Source: Bigelowiella natans CCMP2755
Taxonomy: Eukaryota; Protista; Cercozoa
DNA length: 64,000 bases
Direction of reading: 5' to 3'
NCBI GenBank assembly: GCA_000320545.1
Contig: ADNK01000904.1
Span: 62,001 to 126,000, forward strand
The notes below the pieces were generated by a model. It was not told the DNA's origin. It ran no database searches and saw nothing but the letters and a program-made list of their open reading frames with translations. Below, piece after piece: positions 1 to 13,700 of the stretch. A program made the translations under genes and the position numbers. The first letter of the stretch is position 1. Every line of letters starts with the position of its first letter.

Positions 1-579
1 CAACATTTTAATTCTAGTCGTTGGCAATCAACGAAGTGCAACAATTACCAAAAAAATATTCCAAACTTTCAAAAACGACAACTACTGAGCTATATCGCAG
101 GCCGTTATTCCCCTGCATTCTTTGTAAAGACTCTTTTTGAGCGAATGGCTCGAACGGATACTAAGAAAGTACATATTTCGAACACGTGCGGACGGCCAAA
201 CCGTCCACATTCTCGAGGGCTCCTTCGAAAACAATTCGACAAAAGACGCAAAAATCAATACGTAGGGGGAGAATCAGTTGTGGGAGGAAAAAAAAGTGAA
301 TGGAAACCCAAATCCCAGACGACTGTCTGGTTCAGGTGTGTGATAATTTACCGCTGGGTGAGTGGGTCATATGATGATATACCATTATTTGTAAGATTGG
401 AACATTTTGAACGTGTTCTAATTGGACTAGGTTCTCTGCTATCTTTCTGTCCCCGATCTGGTGAGAACGGCCATTGGTTGTTCAAGGTTTAGAAGGGTAA
501 GTTGAGTGGTTGAGCGTAGGAAATGTGTGAATTTATTGAAGCACTTACACCAATCTTGAAATTAGTTGATAAAGACATC

Positions 580-3066
580 ATGTCTATATCCCGTGGTTGT
601 GCCTGGCAAATCGGAGGTTGTACCATTATATGCAAAACCAGATAAAATGCGCCGCTGGCTCGATTTTTTGCTGCTGTTGACTGCTTAAAAATCATTCAAG
701 GAATTGTTGGGTGTCTTGGACCTTATTGGAAAAGTCCGGAGTATCTCTTTATGCTCAAAGATGGGAACAGGTAATCATGCATGCTAGAATAAGCAACCTC
801 GTAGAAATTTATAGAATAACCAAATTTGTGACATCATGATCAATAATGTGCGAAGGAACTTGTCAGACCTGGGTTCGTCCCGGGCATCTTCGGTAATCTT
901 CTTGTACTATCTCCACAACTCTATAGCGCAAATTGAAGCGAAAACTATATAATTTTCAGTGCCATTGCGAACACGTATCAAGCATCCCTCCAGCGTCTTG
1001 ACCTAGGTCTATGGTGTGAAATGAAGCATTCTCCAAATCGTTATCGCTTTAAAGTCCTGACAGACGAACTGGTTCAAATTCAAAGCTTTTAGCTGTAAAT
1101 ATTGAATAATGTGACATGTAGTTTAATCTATTAGTTATTTAAAAATGAAAGCAAACGATGTATCTCATTGATTATGGTATCCATAGAGAAATCTAAGATG
1201 TATATTGAACAATAATAGAAGGATATCAGTGAACTTCGATGCCCGTTGGAGTGCCTTGTTCAAAACACAAAAGCCATCTCAACCTTCAAAAATCTATCGA
1301 AGTACAATTACAATACAAACTTGAAATAGCCAGCATTTTTGTACAGTGTTTGGTGCATGTTCAATTTATAATAGTAACTATTCGCATAGGCTGTCCATTG
1401 GGAGCTCTGGATGCTCAACGCAGTTATTACGTTCTTTAGTTGGATACTTGGCACACCTCCCACACCTTAGGTGATAATGATGATTGCCCACGATATTTAT
1501 TACTCTTACAATAACCATATCGACATCTGATGAATGTGTAAACGCAACAATATGTCTGCAGGTCATTCTACGTCCAAGCTCATTTTGACGCAGAGCTAGC
1601 TGTGCTATTGTCCAAATGTAGATCATTGAAACAGCTTAGTTTTGGAGGTGAGAAGAGATAGTACGACAAATATATGATTATCATATAAATTTCGATTTTG
1701 ATTCCCCTTTGAGATCTAATTCAAATATATTATGGGAATTATTCACGCGTTGCAGGAGAGGGTATGAGCGACGACGCTGCCAGACACATCCAGCACCTTA
1801 TCCAGCTCGAGTTAATATTTAAATCTTCTTCCAAAACTTTCGATGAGAATCTCCAAGATTATGAACAGTTCACATGAAAATCATAATAATTTCGCAGATA
1901 TTTAGATGCCTCTGGGAATGACGGTAGCCAACACATTCCTTTATGCCTCACGGATATCGGACTAGGGTAAATAGCAGTAGCAAAGAGGACGCGAAATTAT
2001 ATAACGATCAACTATCTTTTTACACAGACACACACACACACACACACATTTTAAGATAATTTACTCTTACTGGGAAAACGTTGGGTTAACAGATATCTAA
2101 AGGAGTTGAGAAACATGCGAGAGCTTAATCTATACGGAAACTATGGGATCTCAGATGAAGGGTAATAGCGCCAATTCTAGTTTATGCAATAGGCGAATAT
2201 TATCATCTTTGATATTCTCACGTTTACTATTAGGATTCGTTCTGTTCTGAAAGAGATGAAATATTTGGAAAATCTCTGCATTGGGTTGACCATTTGTAGC
2301 CCTTTAGGCAACACGAAAGCTTAACTAATTTATAAACAATGATAGATCTCCAAAGGTGGAGGATTCAACTGTGAAGGCTCTCGTTGATTATGGTAATACA
2401 AAAATCTAAATTTAGAACATGATATATCAAAGTCATTAAATTCGGTATTTGCACTCTATCTCCAGGAATCGCGGCTAAAATAAAGATCTTAGGGTTGTTG
2501 TCTCCTCCAACCATTCTATTTGCTTCTCCAGCGTGTAACAAACATGTTTGCCTTCTTCCTCAATCACCAGATTGCAAGGGTCTTCGATAACGAGCTCAGC
2601 GATTCCATCTCTCCTCAACTTTCCGCTTCTTAGGTAGCACTTTATATTTCTAGAATCAGAATTTACTAGTAGGAAAATCGATATTTCTTTGTTTTCGTAA
2701 CTGAATATAATCAAATTTCAAGGAAGTTGGACTTGTCATACTGTTATCGCGTAAAGGATGATGCTCTAACAAGTCTGAAATCTCTGATCGGTGGGTGAAC
2801 ATAATTAAACGTGTAGACTAGAATGTGGCTGGTTGTAATTTCTTATGTTCAAAGATCGCAAGATTCGGATAAATATGGAGGAAACAGGTCTAAGCTATGA
2901 TGGATGGAATATCGCAGAGGCTATCCTCGGCCATGAACAGGTATCTTTCAGTGCTAAAGATCAAAAGATCGTGATTAATGCAAATGTAAACTGATACACA
3001 AACATTTACATTTGTCTGTTGTAGGTTCAAGACACTCCACAAGCTTGGATATCAATTGGTACCTGA
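580..3066 (+). CDS. Leucine-rich repeat protein (FBXL/AMN1-like), many short introns; 5' end approximate
   Basis: Spliced exons read by hand: AIANTYQASLQRLDL, YLKELRNMRELNLYGNYGISDEG, LKEMKYLENLCIG, KLDLSYCYRVKDDALTSL, ending VQDTPQAWISIGT* (TGA 3064-3066). GT..AG introns of about 50-150 nt. Confidence 0.75.
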
Positions 3067-3229
3067 CACATAATCATTTATTACATCTCCTTTATTCATC
3101 ACCTACAACAGTATATAACTTTAAGAAATTCCTTGTCTACGTGTCCCAGGAGGAAATCTCGAAGAGCGGCGATGCCCAGATGCAAAAGCATCCTCCAGTC
3201 CATGGCTGCTATGGACATTATGATGCAAC

Positions 3230-3790
3230 ATGGCAGGTTTAGACATGTCTAGATGTTTGCATGTTGGGGATGCTAGGCATCTAGCTAGCTAGACGTGCTG
3301 GAAGTAACGTACATGTTTAGCAGCCTCCATTGACACATGCATCGCAAGGCTTGCAAGTACCAAGCTAGCAAGTGTAAAATAAACTTTTCGATTCGGTTCA
3401 CATCAATGAACACTATGCACATTTAGACATGCTAGCATGTGCGGGTGCTATTCTAGCCATTGCGCATGTTTTGTACCCATGTCTATGTAACATCTAGGCG
3501 TTTGGCTAAGAGCAGCTACGTTTGCTACGTGCAACTCTAGAACTAGCTAGCTAGCTAGACAAGGTGAGATGATCGCCTCGTACTTTGTCTGCGCCTTGCG
3601 TCTATACGTCAATACGTTATCAGGCAGCTAGCTTAGCTAGCTAGACCAGTAGAGCTAGCTTACTAGCTTAGCTAGCTAGTCTAGTAGAGCTAGCTTGCTA
3701 GCTTGCGGCTAGATCTAGAGATGTGTGGTGCAAATTTCTGTGCGCACTCTCTTGTTCTGGCGCTTAAAATAGTAGCTCTAGAGCTCTCCA
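3230..3790. repeat. CTAG/AGCT-rich low-complexity intergenic tract
   Basis: Runs such as ctagctagctagctag (~3543-3558) and gctagcttagctagctag (~3627-3644), with many further CTAG between two convergent genes. Confidence 0.8.
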
Positions 3791-3961
3791 TATAACTAGA
3801 TAATTCTCACACACGTGTTGTTGTATACATGACGATGTGTAGTGGCTATACTAATTAATATATAACCGTGTCGACGCGATAATGCATTTAGATATCTCTA
3901 GATCTAGATAGAGGTTGGAAGGTCTAGAGGCTGCGAAGTTAGACACCGTATACATCAATAA

Positions 3962-3966
<5 letters not shown>

Positions 3967-4007
<41 letters not shown>
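3967..4007. repeat. (TA)n microsatellite
   Basis: About 20 TA units seen directly. Confidence 0.95.
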
Positions 4008-4011
<4 letters not shown>

Positions 4012-4123
4012 TCTAACATATTTCGAGGAGATACTAGCAGACACAAATGCATTATTGTAGGTTATTAGTGTATTACTCGTATGGACTTAATTCGCATGTC
4101 TACACCGGTGCACTAGAGCTAAA

Positions 4124-4992
4124 TCAAGGAAGTTTGACGACTGAATTGGTGGCTTTCAGACTTCTCACATCCCCCAGAAGATCATTTACAGAAGGTCGAG
4201 CATTTGAGAAGATTTCATTCCCACCAAAGTCCAGCTTTGCGACTCCTCTCACGAGGAAACTGGATTTATACTCTTCCGGTTGTCCGTTACCGCTATACTT
4301 GTAGTCGATTGCAGATTCAGCAACTCTTCTACGCTGCTCTACATGTCCGTAGACATATATAACAATAACAAGAGTAGCTACCACCGCACCCACGGCTTTC
4401 ATTAACGCCACGAAAAGGTCACGAGGAACAGGCTCCAAAGAAGGGGAATATTGAGGCATAGCTGTCAAAGTAGATCTCAGTAATGTGATGATGTAAATAT
4501 GACGAGCAGAAATGTTTCCACATGAAAATCAGCTATTAAGTACCCGTTAATAGAAGAACATTGCAAACTTTTTCGTGAAATTGTACCAGGCATCTCCTAA
4601 AATATATTAGTGAGAAATGGGATACAACTGATAAAGAATGCAACAAGAATTATTTACTTCTCCAATTCTACAAGATCTCCAGATATATCGCGATTAAGAT
4701 CTTTCACAAGTTCAAGAAATTCGCTTTCTTGATATGGTGGAATTCTTATCCTGGATTTTTGGGGCCTTTGAAAGCCTCTCTCGTTCTCGGAGGTGCTTCT
4801 TGAGTTTACCCGACTTGTAATCACTACCCCACCAGCGGGAACATCCTCATCTAGCATTGCATACACTTCACCGTCTATCATTAGAGGATTTTCCCCACTC
4901 AAAACATTAGAGTTGGGTTCAGTCTTTTGCCACACAGCCTGAGTTTGTAGTAGAAGGAACGGCAGAAGAGCCCACCTAACGATAGGCGCCAT
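4124..4992 (-). CDS. Unknown type-I membrane/secretory protein (about 3 exons)
   Basis: N-terminus MAPIVRWALLPFLLLQTQA is signal-peptide-like (ATG 4992). The last exon contains TM segment AVGAVVATLVIVIYVYG. Confidence 0.6.
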
Positions 4993-5382
4993 TCTTTGCC
5001 TCCAAGTGCTTCTGCTGTTTGATTTTCTTGCGATTCTATTGCAAGTAAACAACAGCGCTTCTTTTATGGTAATATTACCTAAAATAACTCCATGCTGTCT
5101 GACACTTTCTTTCTTCCTTGCAGCTATGTCGTATATGACTCAATACCAACGATCTTGACCACCACCGGTACTACCGATGTGAGGCGATTTTATTGGAAAT
5201 GGTTTGGGATTTCACAGAAAACAAAATTCCCTGGTACTGACGGGAATATCTATTTTTAGAATTGCTTCTCCTTCCCAGCCCGAAATAGAGCTCGGAAGAA
5301 GCAAAACCAGAAATCGAGCATCGAGGGAGGAGGAAGCCTCCCCCAGACTGAACAAGTTAGTGGGCAACGTACCTTTAAAAAC

Positions 5383-6243
5383 ATGTCTAGTGTGAAAGAG
5401 GATAAAGTGACAGAAAAATCTAGTTTGAGTAGTTTTTGGAAGCACCCTGGAGATGAATTCTGGAATATGAAGGGTAATTCCAAGAGCGACGAAAATACGT
5501 TTCACAATGCGGACGCAAAAAGTGTGCGCTTACGAGGGGAAAGCTATATGAAGGATAATATCAAAGTACCATCTGGAGATGCCGCATACACCCTTATCTG
5601 CTCCAAATGCTTCGCCACAACTAATAAGATGGTTAATGTTGCAGAAGAAGTTCAGTCTCTCAAAGACGCACTTAGTTCGAATTTAGATGAAGAATACTTG
5701 GTGATCTGCTGGCTTGTTCCAGCTCATATTACTGTAATAAATCTATATATTCGTACTCTCAAGCAGGGAAAAGACAGAGCTTTCGATAGGGTTCATGAAA
5801 TGTTTCGGAAAGGCGATAGTAAGTTCAGGGATTCGCGCTTTAAACTCATTCCACAAGTTCTTGGGGCCCCGATGGCAATTAGAGCACTTGTAAATTCTTT
5901 ACTTGGAGGTCTAAGGCCTGTTATAATAGGAAATAAGCTCCAGTGTCATCATTTTTCTGGCAGAAACTATATGGAAGTCGACATAGACACGGGATCCTCA
6001 AGCATTGTCTCCTACCTTGCCAGAACTATGGTCAGCGCTTTCAAGGATATAACAGTAAATCAGGGATTTGTAATAGAGGGTAGAAGCAAAAGAGAATTGC
6101 CTGAAAGGATGCTTGGAATCCATTGCTACACGAGAGTTAGCCTTGACACGGTCAAAATAAAATATGACGACCAACGTTGCCAACAAAAGAGGCGGTGGTC
6201 AATATTTGGTGATCGAAAGAGGGATACAGATACTCACAAGTAA
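5383..6243 (+). CDS. EDR2 C-terminal (DUF1336) domain protein, intronless, 286 aa
   Basis: Motifs LRGESYMKDNIKVPS, FRDSRFKLIPQV, PVIIGNKLQCH, YMEVDIDTGSS and FVIEGRSKRELPERMLG match DUF1336/EDR2_C. Confidence 0.88.
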   Translation: MSSVKEDKVTEKSSLSSFWKHPGDEFWNMKGNSKSDENTFHNADAKSVRLRGESYMKDNIKVPSGDAAYTLICSKCFATTNKMVNVAEEVQSLKDALSSNLDEEYLVICWLVPAHITVINLYIRTLKQGKDRAFDRVHEMFRKGDSKFRDSRFKLIPQVLGAPMAIRALVNSLLGGLRPVIIGNKLQCHHFSGRNYMEVDIDTGSSSIVSYLARTMVSAFKDITVNQGFVIEGRSKRELPERMLGIHCYTRVSLDTVKIKYDDQRCQQKRRWSIFGDRKRDTDTHK

Positions 6244-6833
6244 GCAGCAGGAAGGTTGCCAAAAATGAAGAAAATGAGCATATATTCGTCTATGAATGAC
6301 GTGTGCGTGTAGTAGATGCTCGCCCGAGTCGATGAACTTAGTGTATAAATTGAGACTAATAAGGAACATTGTATTTTAGTCATGCAATACATGTATTTAC
6401 TAGCCTAGCCTTTTCACTACTGTGTCGCTTCTCACATGTGGTATGTGCTGTGACTGGTACGATGTACAATGCATATGTGCGTGTATTCTATAAGCAGCTA
6501 GCTGCTGAGACGACAAATCTTCGTACATAGACATAGTATATTATATTTTTAAAATAAATATTGTATACATCATACACGTGTGTTCATAGTTCGCTTTCAA
6601 TTATTTCAGCCGACGCCGAGAGTGCTTATAAGGCGCTTTACGCTAATCTAGCAATTTCATTGCCAGAACAAACACGATCTGAGCATGCCAAAGGAGCACG
6701 CGGAGCACGCATCATTTCTGCATGAAAAAAGCTTTAATTAAGTTCCAGTTTTGAAAGTAAGACATCTTATAATTTAAGCAATTAATATGACAGCTTTTAT
6801 ACGCTATTGGCAACAAGCTCCAAGGCCACCAGA

Positions 6834-8043
6834 TCATAAATCTGAGAAAATTTTGTCCCAAGTCGAACGTTCTTTACCATCTTTATTTAGGATACTGGAG
6901 CAAATAAAGAAATATTAGCATGATATTAGACAATATAACGTAGCAACAAAATCAGATCATCAATGGACGAACAATGCACATTCACCCAAATATCTTGTTG
7001 GAAGGTTCCGGGCGAAGGAGAGATTCAAGTATCGCATCAGCCGCGTCTGACCTACTTGTGTCACCTGACCAACGATGTTTTATAAAACTGTTGCATTTAA
7101 GAATGTCTTCAATCAGAAAATACCATCCTCTGTGTCATCTAAAGAGACGCTTAAGAGCTTTTTCTTCGCCTCAAATAGCTGATCCTCTGCAACTGCTAGA
7201 GAGTCTGGATTCATCTGAAAAACATGGAAAAATTACAATGAAGCACTTCCCAGAGCAATATTTGTTTCCTTCTGCAAACATGACTAATTGAGGCGCTTGC
7301 ACTGTATGTGTGTTTTGAAACGGTGGATAATGCAGTACAAAGGAATCTGGGCCAAGTCTTAAGTTCCCCGTTCTTATCACAGTATAATCCACTTTGAGCG
7401 CATCCGCTCCTTTTTGGAGAAGTTCCTCGAGATCCGCATATCTAGTGATAAAGAGGGCCAGGGGGAGAAATGTGGTGATAATCTGTTAGGTGTATCTAGA
7501 TAGGTTCAGCAACAACGTGCAAATACTTGTCCAGCTCACGCCCGAGCAAGTTCTTGAAAAACGCAACATTGCCAAATGATCCTTTCCGGGTCACACCCAA
7601 CCGTGATAGGAGTACGAATCTTTTCAGCGCGGTCTCCCCCTTAGAAGGAATCCAAAATTAGTTTCCAACTGTAATCCAAGTGTCAAACGATACGCCTGCG
7701 CATTGTAATCTACCTCTGCTCCATGACCTAATAGATATCGAAGTGTGTCTGTGTCCGCTGGCTTTTCAAAAGTCATGACCTGGTTTAATGATAGATGCGT
7801 GAACAAGAAAGGTGCTGTTGGTGATGTTGAAGTGTGTCTCTCCACTCTTTTAAATGTCGACAATGACTGTCAATTTGACAACATACTTTCCTTATCAATT
7901 TAGTTGCATGGACAATGACGTATAGTAATGGCATGTAATAATGGCGTATAGATTGTAATCTGCTACCACAGCTGCTGCATCGTTTAATGCAGTTCTCGCA
8001 GCCTAAGATTAAAATAAGCGGCGTTAATGATCGACAGATTTAT

Positions 8044-8085
<42 letters not shown>

Positions 8086-8740
8086 TTTATCTATCTACGA
8101 GATCACCTCCTGCTGAGTTGCATCGATAGCATTCACCGTAGGGTAACGGTTACGAAACTAAGGAAACGAATCTATGTTAGGAAATACTAAATGTATTAAG
8201 TATTTGCTAGAGCTGTATTACCGGGCCAACCATATTTGGGTTCAAAAGAGTCGTTATCTATCAATTTAAAAAATACGTCAGCGACACTGAATAAAATCGT
8301 TTTCTTTCGCATATAATTCGCAATTGACTTTGTATTTGTTCTCCTTCTGGAGCTTGTCGACAAGTTCTCTCCCGATCTGAATTAGGTAATATGTTCTTAT
8401 TCAATTTTGCCGCGACTTCATCGGTCTGGGTGCAATTACCGGGTCTAATATGCCCATCACCACGATAGAATCTCCTTCGTTGAGCGTCTCAGCTGAATTA
8501 GTAAAAATGGTAAATCAAATTGATGAAAAATAGCAAAACACATATGTAGTACCGGGCTTGCCTGTTGGTGCTGCATGCAGTCGCATACCAGCAAATGTTC
8601 TTAAAGATGCCAACCGATGCTTGCTGTTTGGTAGTAAAAAATAGAGACAGCATTAAGGCCAACCTTGCAAGCCATGAATCTTACACTAACAATTAGGACC
8701 TCATTTGAGGGCGGGATGATGACGGGTGTCTTGTGGAACA
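6834..8740 (-). CDS. NAD(P)-binding Rossmann-fold protein, atypical SDR family, possibly plastid-targeted; 5' end approximate
   Basis: Exons IVVMGILDP|IGRELVDKL, LKRFVLLSRLGVT, VDYTVIRTGNL, DAADAILESLLRPEPSNKIF, ending STWDKIFSDL* (stop 6834-6836). Confidence 0.75.
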
Positions 8741-9120
8741 TAAATTGCTACCTCGGGAAGTCGCCACCGCTATACTCTATTGGGAGAAAAATCAACCAAG
8801 TAATATCACACATTTGATTTTACAAAGGTAGCACAATATTCCCGCTTGCGCTGGTGGGCAGGGAAAAAGACACGTAAATTAATACCCCCAGCGGCGACGA
8901 CGGGAAGGCTGCGATGACGGAAATGTAGACCATGGCACACACTGTCACCGACAATGCCAAAGCATGGCCATTCCGTCTGTAGCTGTCCTGAGTATTCATA
9001 TTTTCGAATGTCCTTTGATGATGCTCCTCCAGAGATACGATGGGATACCCCTCTCGCACTGCTCTAGATCTGTTAACGAGTAGATCCACACTGCTGCTTG
9101 CAATTAAGAGCGATCTATGA

Positions 9121-10620
9121 GAAGTGGCTGGCCCTTTTTCATCAGATTTCCATGCCGTTTTGTGGTTGCGGTAGCAATGTGGTGATGTCGCAGCAGTGCG
9201 CAGATTTTGTCTACTGCTCTTGTCTCTTTGTTGCAACACAAATCACACTCCGTTTGGCATTTTCTGCTGTTGTCGCAGTGGGTGAATCGCAGACGAGGAG
9301 CATGAATGCGGTCATCTGTCACATGAATCGCTACATCCACGATTCGTTCATGTTTGTTGGGGACAATGGGGTGACGCACGTTGCTAGTCCGATTTGTACG
9401 ATTGTCCTTCGCTGAGTCTTTGTGCCCTGCCAAGATCATTTATCCAAGTGCCACAGCCGACAAGTGTGAAACAAACCAAGTTTTCCTTGGTTGTTGACCT
9501 GGCTAGCTGGTCGGTTGTGGAGTCGGGGACACAGCTGGACAGGCCAGCAGGTGAGTTGCTAGGTTGGCGTCGCTGGTGCGATGATCCTTTCAACTGCTCC
9601 TGTGAAATATTTTTTTTCCTTGTTTCTTGCATTCTTTCTTCCTTGCTAGCTTGCTAGCTTGTGGCCGCTGCCTTGGATGCAAAACGTCACTTTCTAGCTT
9701 TGGCTTGGTCAGTTGGTTCGAGTGCTCTGGTGCTGTTCACTGTGAAGAGCGCGGCAATTGTCAACGCATTTGATGCGATGTAGCTCACGCTAACACGCTG
9801 ACTGCTTGCACGAATAACTTCTTTTTTTCATTCTCTTCCTCCTGCTTGCGGCCACGGTGGGTGCACTTCGTGGTCGTCAAAAGTCGTGTCGGATCGCAGC
9901 TAGCTGTGTCAGATCGAAGATTGCCAAGTTGGCACGTAAGACGATGCTGTGCTGTTACATGTGCACCACCAACCTACCAATGCCGATGCAGTTGTCAGGT
10001 TGGCATGCAGCAGAGTGCAGTCCCGCCGCCAGCAATGCGTGTGGTCTAGTGGTGTCCACTGATCATTGCACGTCCATATGATAGACATGCAATACACAAT
10101 ATAGTGTATTGCTGTGTCTATTATCCATCATTCTAGCATTGCTAGATGCGATCATGCGATCGTCAGACATATCACGTTCGCATGACGTGCAGCCACGTTA
10201 CAACTTCATTGACACGCGTGCACATGCGATCATGCGATGCTGCATGTTGCAATGAATGTGTCCATGTGATTGTGCCGCCTTGTCACTCATCACAATGAAC
10301 ATCAAACAGTTGCCACATGCATGAAGCTTGTTCCTGTGCACACTAAATGATGAGTGCAGTGTGGTGGCGTCGGAACACACTTCAGTACATGCATCAGCGG
10401 CCCATTCGTGCTGATCTGCCCATGCACATGCTAGCATGGCAAAGTGGCTGAACAGCAGCACTCTAGTGCTTTTGATTTGACATGCATTCCGCACAGGCTT
10501 GTTCGTTTTGGCGAATGAAGCCATCACAGCTGGTCTGGCGTACTGCTACATGCACCATGCTAGCATGCCAAGTCGATCGCCCTTTTCTCATCAAGTTGAG
10601 TCATCATCTAGTTCACCAAG
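9121..10620. other. TpA-depleted intergenic tract, possibly a degenerate element
   Basis: By eye, 12 TpA in 9121-9780 (6 CTAG, 3 CTAC/GTAG) and 8 in 10201-10620. TG/CA-rich. Confidence 0.8.
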
Positions 10621-10657
10621 CGTGGTGTCACTACAGATCATTAGCAAACGCTGAAAT

Positions 10658-10745
10658 TTATTTGAAGAATGCTGAAACATCTTCTTCTGACACCTGATTC
10701 AAGACATACAACACGCACGAACGACACCTGTGGCCTCTCTCTCGT

Positions 10746-10782
<37 letters not shown>

Positions 10783-13700
10783 TAGAAAGAGAGATAGTAA
10801 GAGAGGGGTAGAGAGATAACTAGGAAGAACTATAATAAACAAGAGAGAAACAGTGCACATTATTATATGATTATCGTTTCGTTCTGCTACTAAGAACCTC
10901 TTGAAGCGTTGGTGGATTCCATTTTGGCGATTTGTCCTTATCAACCAACAAAGCTCGTACTCCTATATATAGATACTTGTGATCATAATGATGGAACCAA
11001 AAGATCAGTAGCTATTGTGACTCTTTGTACAGATTTAAATTTGTCACCAGCTTCTTCCATACCGCCAGCCCATATAATGCGGGATACAAATAAAATGATG
11101 GAAGCAAATCATAAAAACGAACAAATACCTTCGAAGAAGTCGTCACGCTCCATAAATCTCTCACTCATAAGCAACTCCTGATAAGGTAGAACATAGACCG
11201 GTCGCAAGTTATTGTATTTCTCCGGGAAAATCTACTGTTCAAAATATGAAGGATATCTTCCTTTTTAAATACGTTGTGAGTCCTACTATCACCATTGTAA
11301 ATTTTTGTTTCATCGTCCTTCATGAAGACAGGTTATAATTTCATAATCCAACTCCCTCTCCTCTTCCTCCTTACAAATTACCGGCTTCTTCTACAACTAC
11401 AGATATATATCCTCACGTTCTATTCGCATCACAAATAGCACTACCATTTTAAAGCATTGGGTAAAATCCCTCTTTGCGCCTTCCTGCATTTGGCGAAGAA
11501 CTACCTGATCAATCATGGTCTTCGGATTAGACAACCAACGGTTGTAATCATAGGACTCCGAAATTAAAACGACATCGAAATTGCTATAAGGGACAAGAAC
11601 CATGGGCACTGTTAGTACCCTTCTATGACGTTAACTTCAAAAACAGCCAAACCCACTGCTATCTATATTACTTTCAGGCTAGTTGGAGACATTTTCTTCA
11701 GCAATTTGAGGCACATCGAAGCGAACTCCTGGGAAGATTCCTGAGGAAATATATAACGCTATCTACCTGGTAATCGCCTAGCATCGGGTGTTTAGGTGTT
11801 GCATTTTTATGATAAATGCACCGTGGGTATCATTGCCATGCTATTTTGAAGTATGAGGGTTGTTACCTTCTCAAGTGATTCGATAATATCTTCAACAGAT
11901 GCGTGACCAAAGCATCTAGTCACAGCAGATGTATTCATTAACGTCGTCAAACATGTAGCACGAATTTATTCGTTGGAATATGTACATATATCGGCGAAAA
12001 GCAAAGAGTAGAAATAGCGAAAACAACAAGATAGTGAATCAGCTCGGCGGTGTTTGTGGAAGTGTACTATTCGTGTAAATATTCCCAAACGGACTTTTGT
12101 CACCTTTCAATGGGGTCAAGACGTTCCCAAAGTGCTGAACAAGGATAATCATCGGTCATACGGAAGACACGCTCGCATGGCATTTATGGAAAGTTAGTTA
12201 GTAAACGCTTAATCGTGTTTTCGTTATCATCATCGTTTTCCCCTGTCAATTATAATCGCCCTATATTCTGACAAACGGATAATGATAGCAACCTTTTGAC
12301 TCGGGCATTTCTTGCAATTCCGATGATGGGACGGAGAAACGAGTAAGAATGTTCTAGCAGTTGTCACATCGGTAGTATCAGGAGAATTACTAGAATTCAC
12401 GTACACTAAGCTTAAAGGTAGGTTCGAAGTTAGATATATTGATTGTCATGAGAAAGAAGCAGCTATAGTAGCAACCGCAGATGAAAGTCGGAAGATGGTG
12501 GGGGGAAGTAGGTATGGCACAAAGCTAAATGATAGGACGAGATGGCACCATACACAAGAACATAGTGACTGCTGCAAACCTCTATTTCCGTATATGGCGA
12601 CGACAAAAGTTCTAATAAGTGATGCAAGAATTCAATCCACATCTAAGCGTGAATTTTGGATGTCTGTATTTTGTACATTTTGAACATAGAAAGAGCGAGA
12701 AAGAAAGAATGGGGAAGCAGGATTTTTGGAGCATAGGTTTGGTGTAAAATCGTTACCGTTTTCGAAATCCAGTAAAGATTCAGACTTGACGAAGTGTGTT
12801 GCGATTCCTGCCAAAGCAACCTCTGGTCCAACAAGTCGTGCTCCCGTAAGGGCTAGGTAGGTGCCTAGATTCCTGAAAAACAATGAGGCCATGGCATGTG
12901 GATGATGGCATTGTCTAATAGTGACGAGGAGGAAGAAGGAGAGGGGAGATGGTAAAACCTCTTTAGGCGAGGAAGGAAGTAGCTTCCACCGACATCGCAG
13001 AAAAAACCGATTGCAGTTTCCTAAAATCGAATTAGTTTCACTAGATGAACACTATAAGTAACGTAAATGACTCTACCGGCATCGCAAACATAGTGTTGTC
13101 TGTTGCTACACGGTACTTCCCTGGTGTCAGTTGGAGTGAATCAATAAGTCTTAAATATGTTGAATCCATGAATTATCACCACTTAGGGATTCTCACCGTG
13201 CACAGAGAGGCCAACACCTCCCCCCATCGTGATCCCGTTGAGAATAGCCACCTATGTATTGTAATGGACGTTGTGTATTCTCCTCACCCAGATCAGTGAC
13301 CAGAATCTCCTTAAATTCTTTGAACACGACAACATACTACTTCAAACCTGTGGTAGTGTCTCTGGAAGGTTTCCGATGAGCTGGTTCAGCACATACTCGT
13401 CGTTGAAGAACGCGCAACATTCCCTGGTGGAGAAATCGTGGTTGAGGTTTCATGCGCTTATTCTGGTTGCAGGATAAACGCGGGCTTGCAGACACGTTAT
13501 AACATCAAAAGCGTGAGCTTCGGCAACAAACCTTGGAGGCAGCCCTTGCTTTTTAGAATCGTAGATTGCCTTGATATCCCCTCCAGCACAGAACGCCTGA
13601 ACCGAAATACATACAATTTTTTTTTCATGAGATACTGTTATTTTCTAATTGATGGTTAGGCAGTGAAAGGAGGTTACCTTGCCACCAGCACCTTTCATTA

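Noticed and set aside
8800-10620. Intact transposon or endogenous virus
   Set aside because: No terminal repeats, target-site duplication or recognisable transposase, RT or capsid motifs were found by eye.
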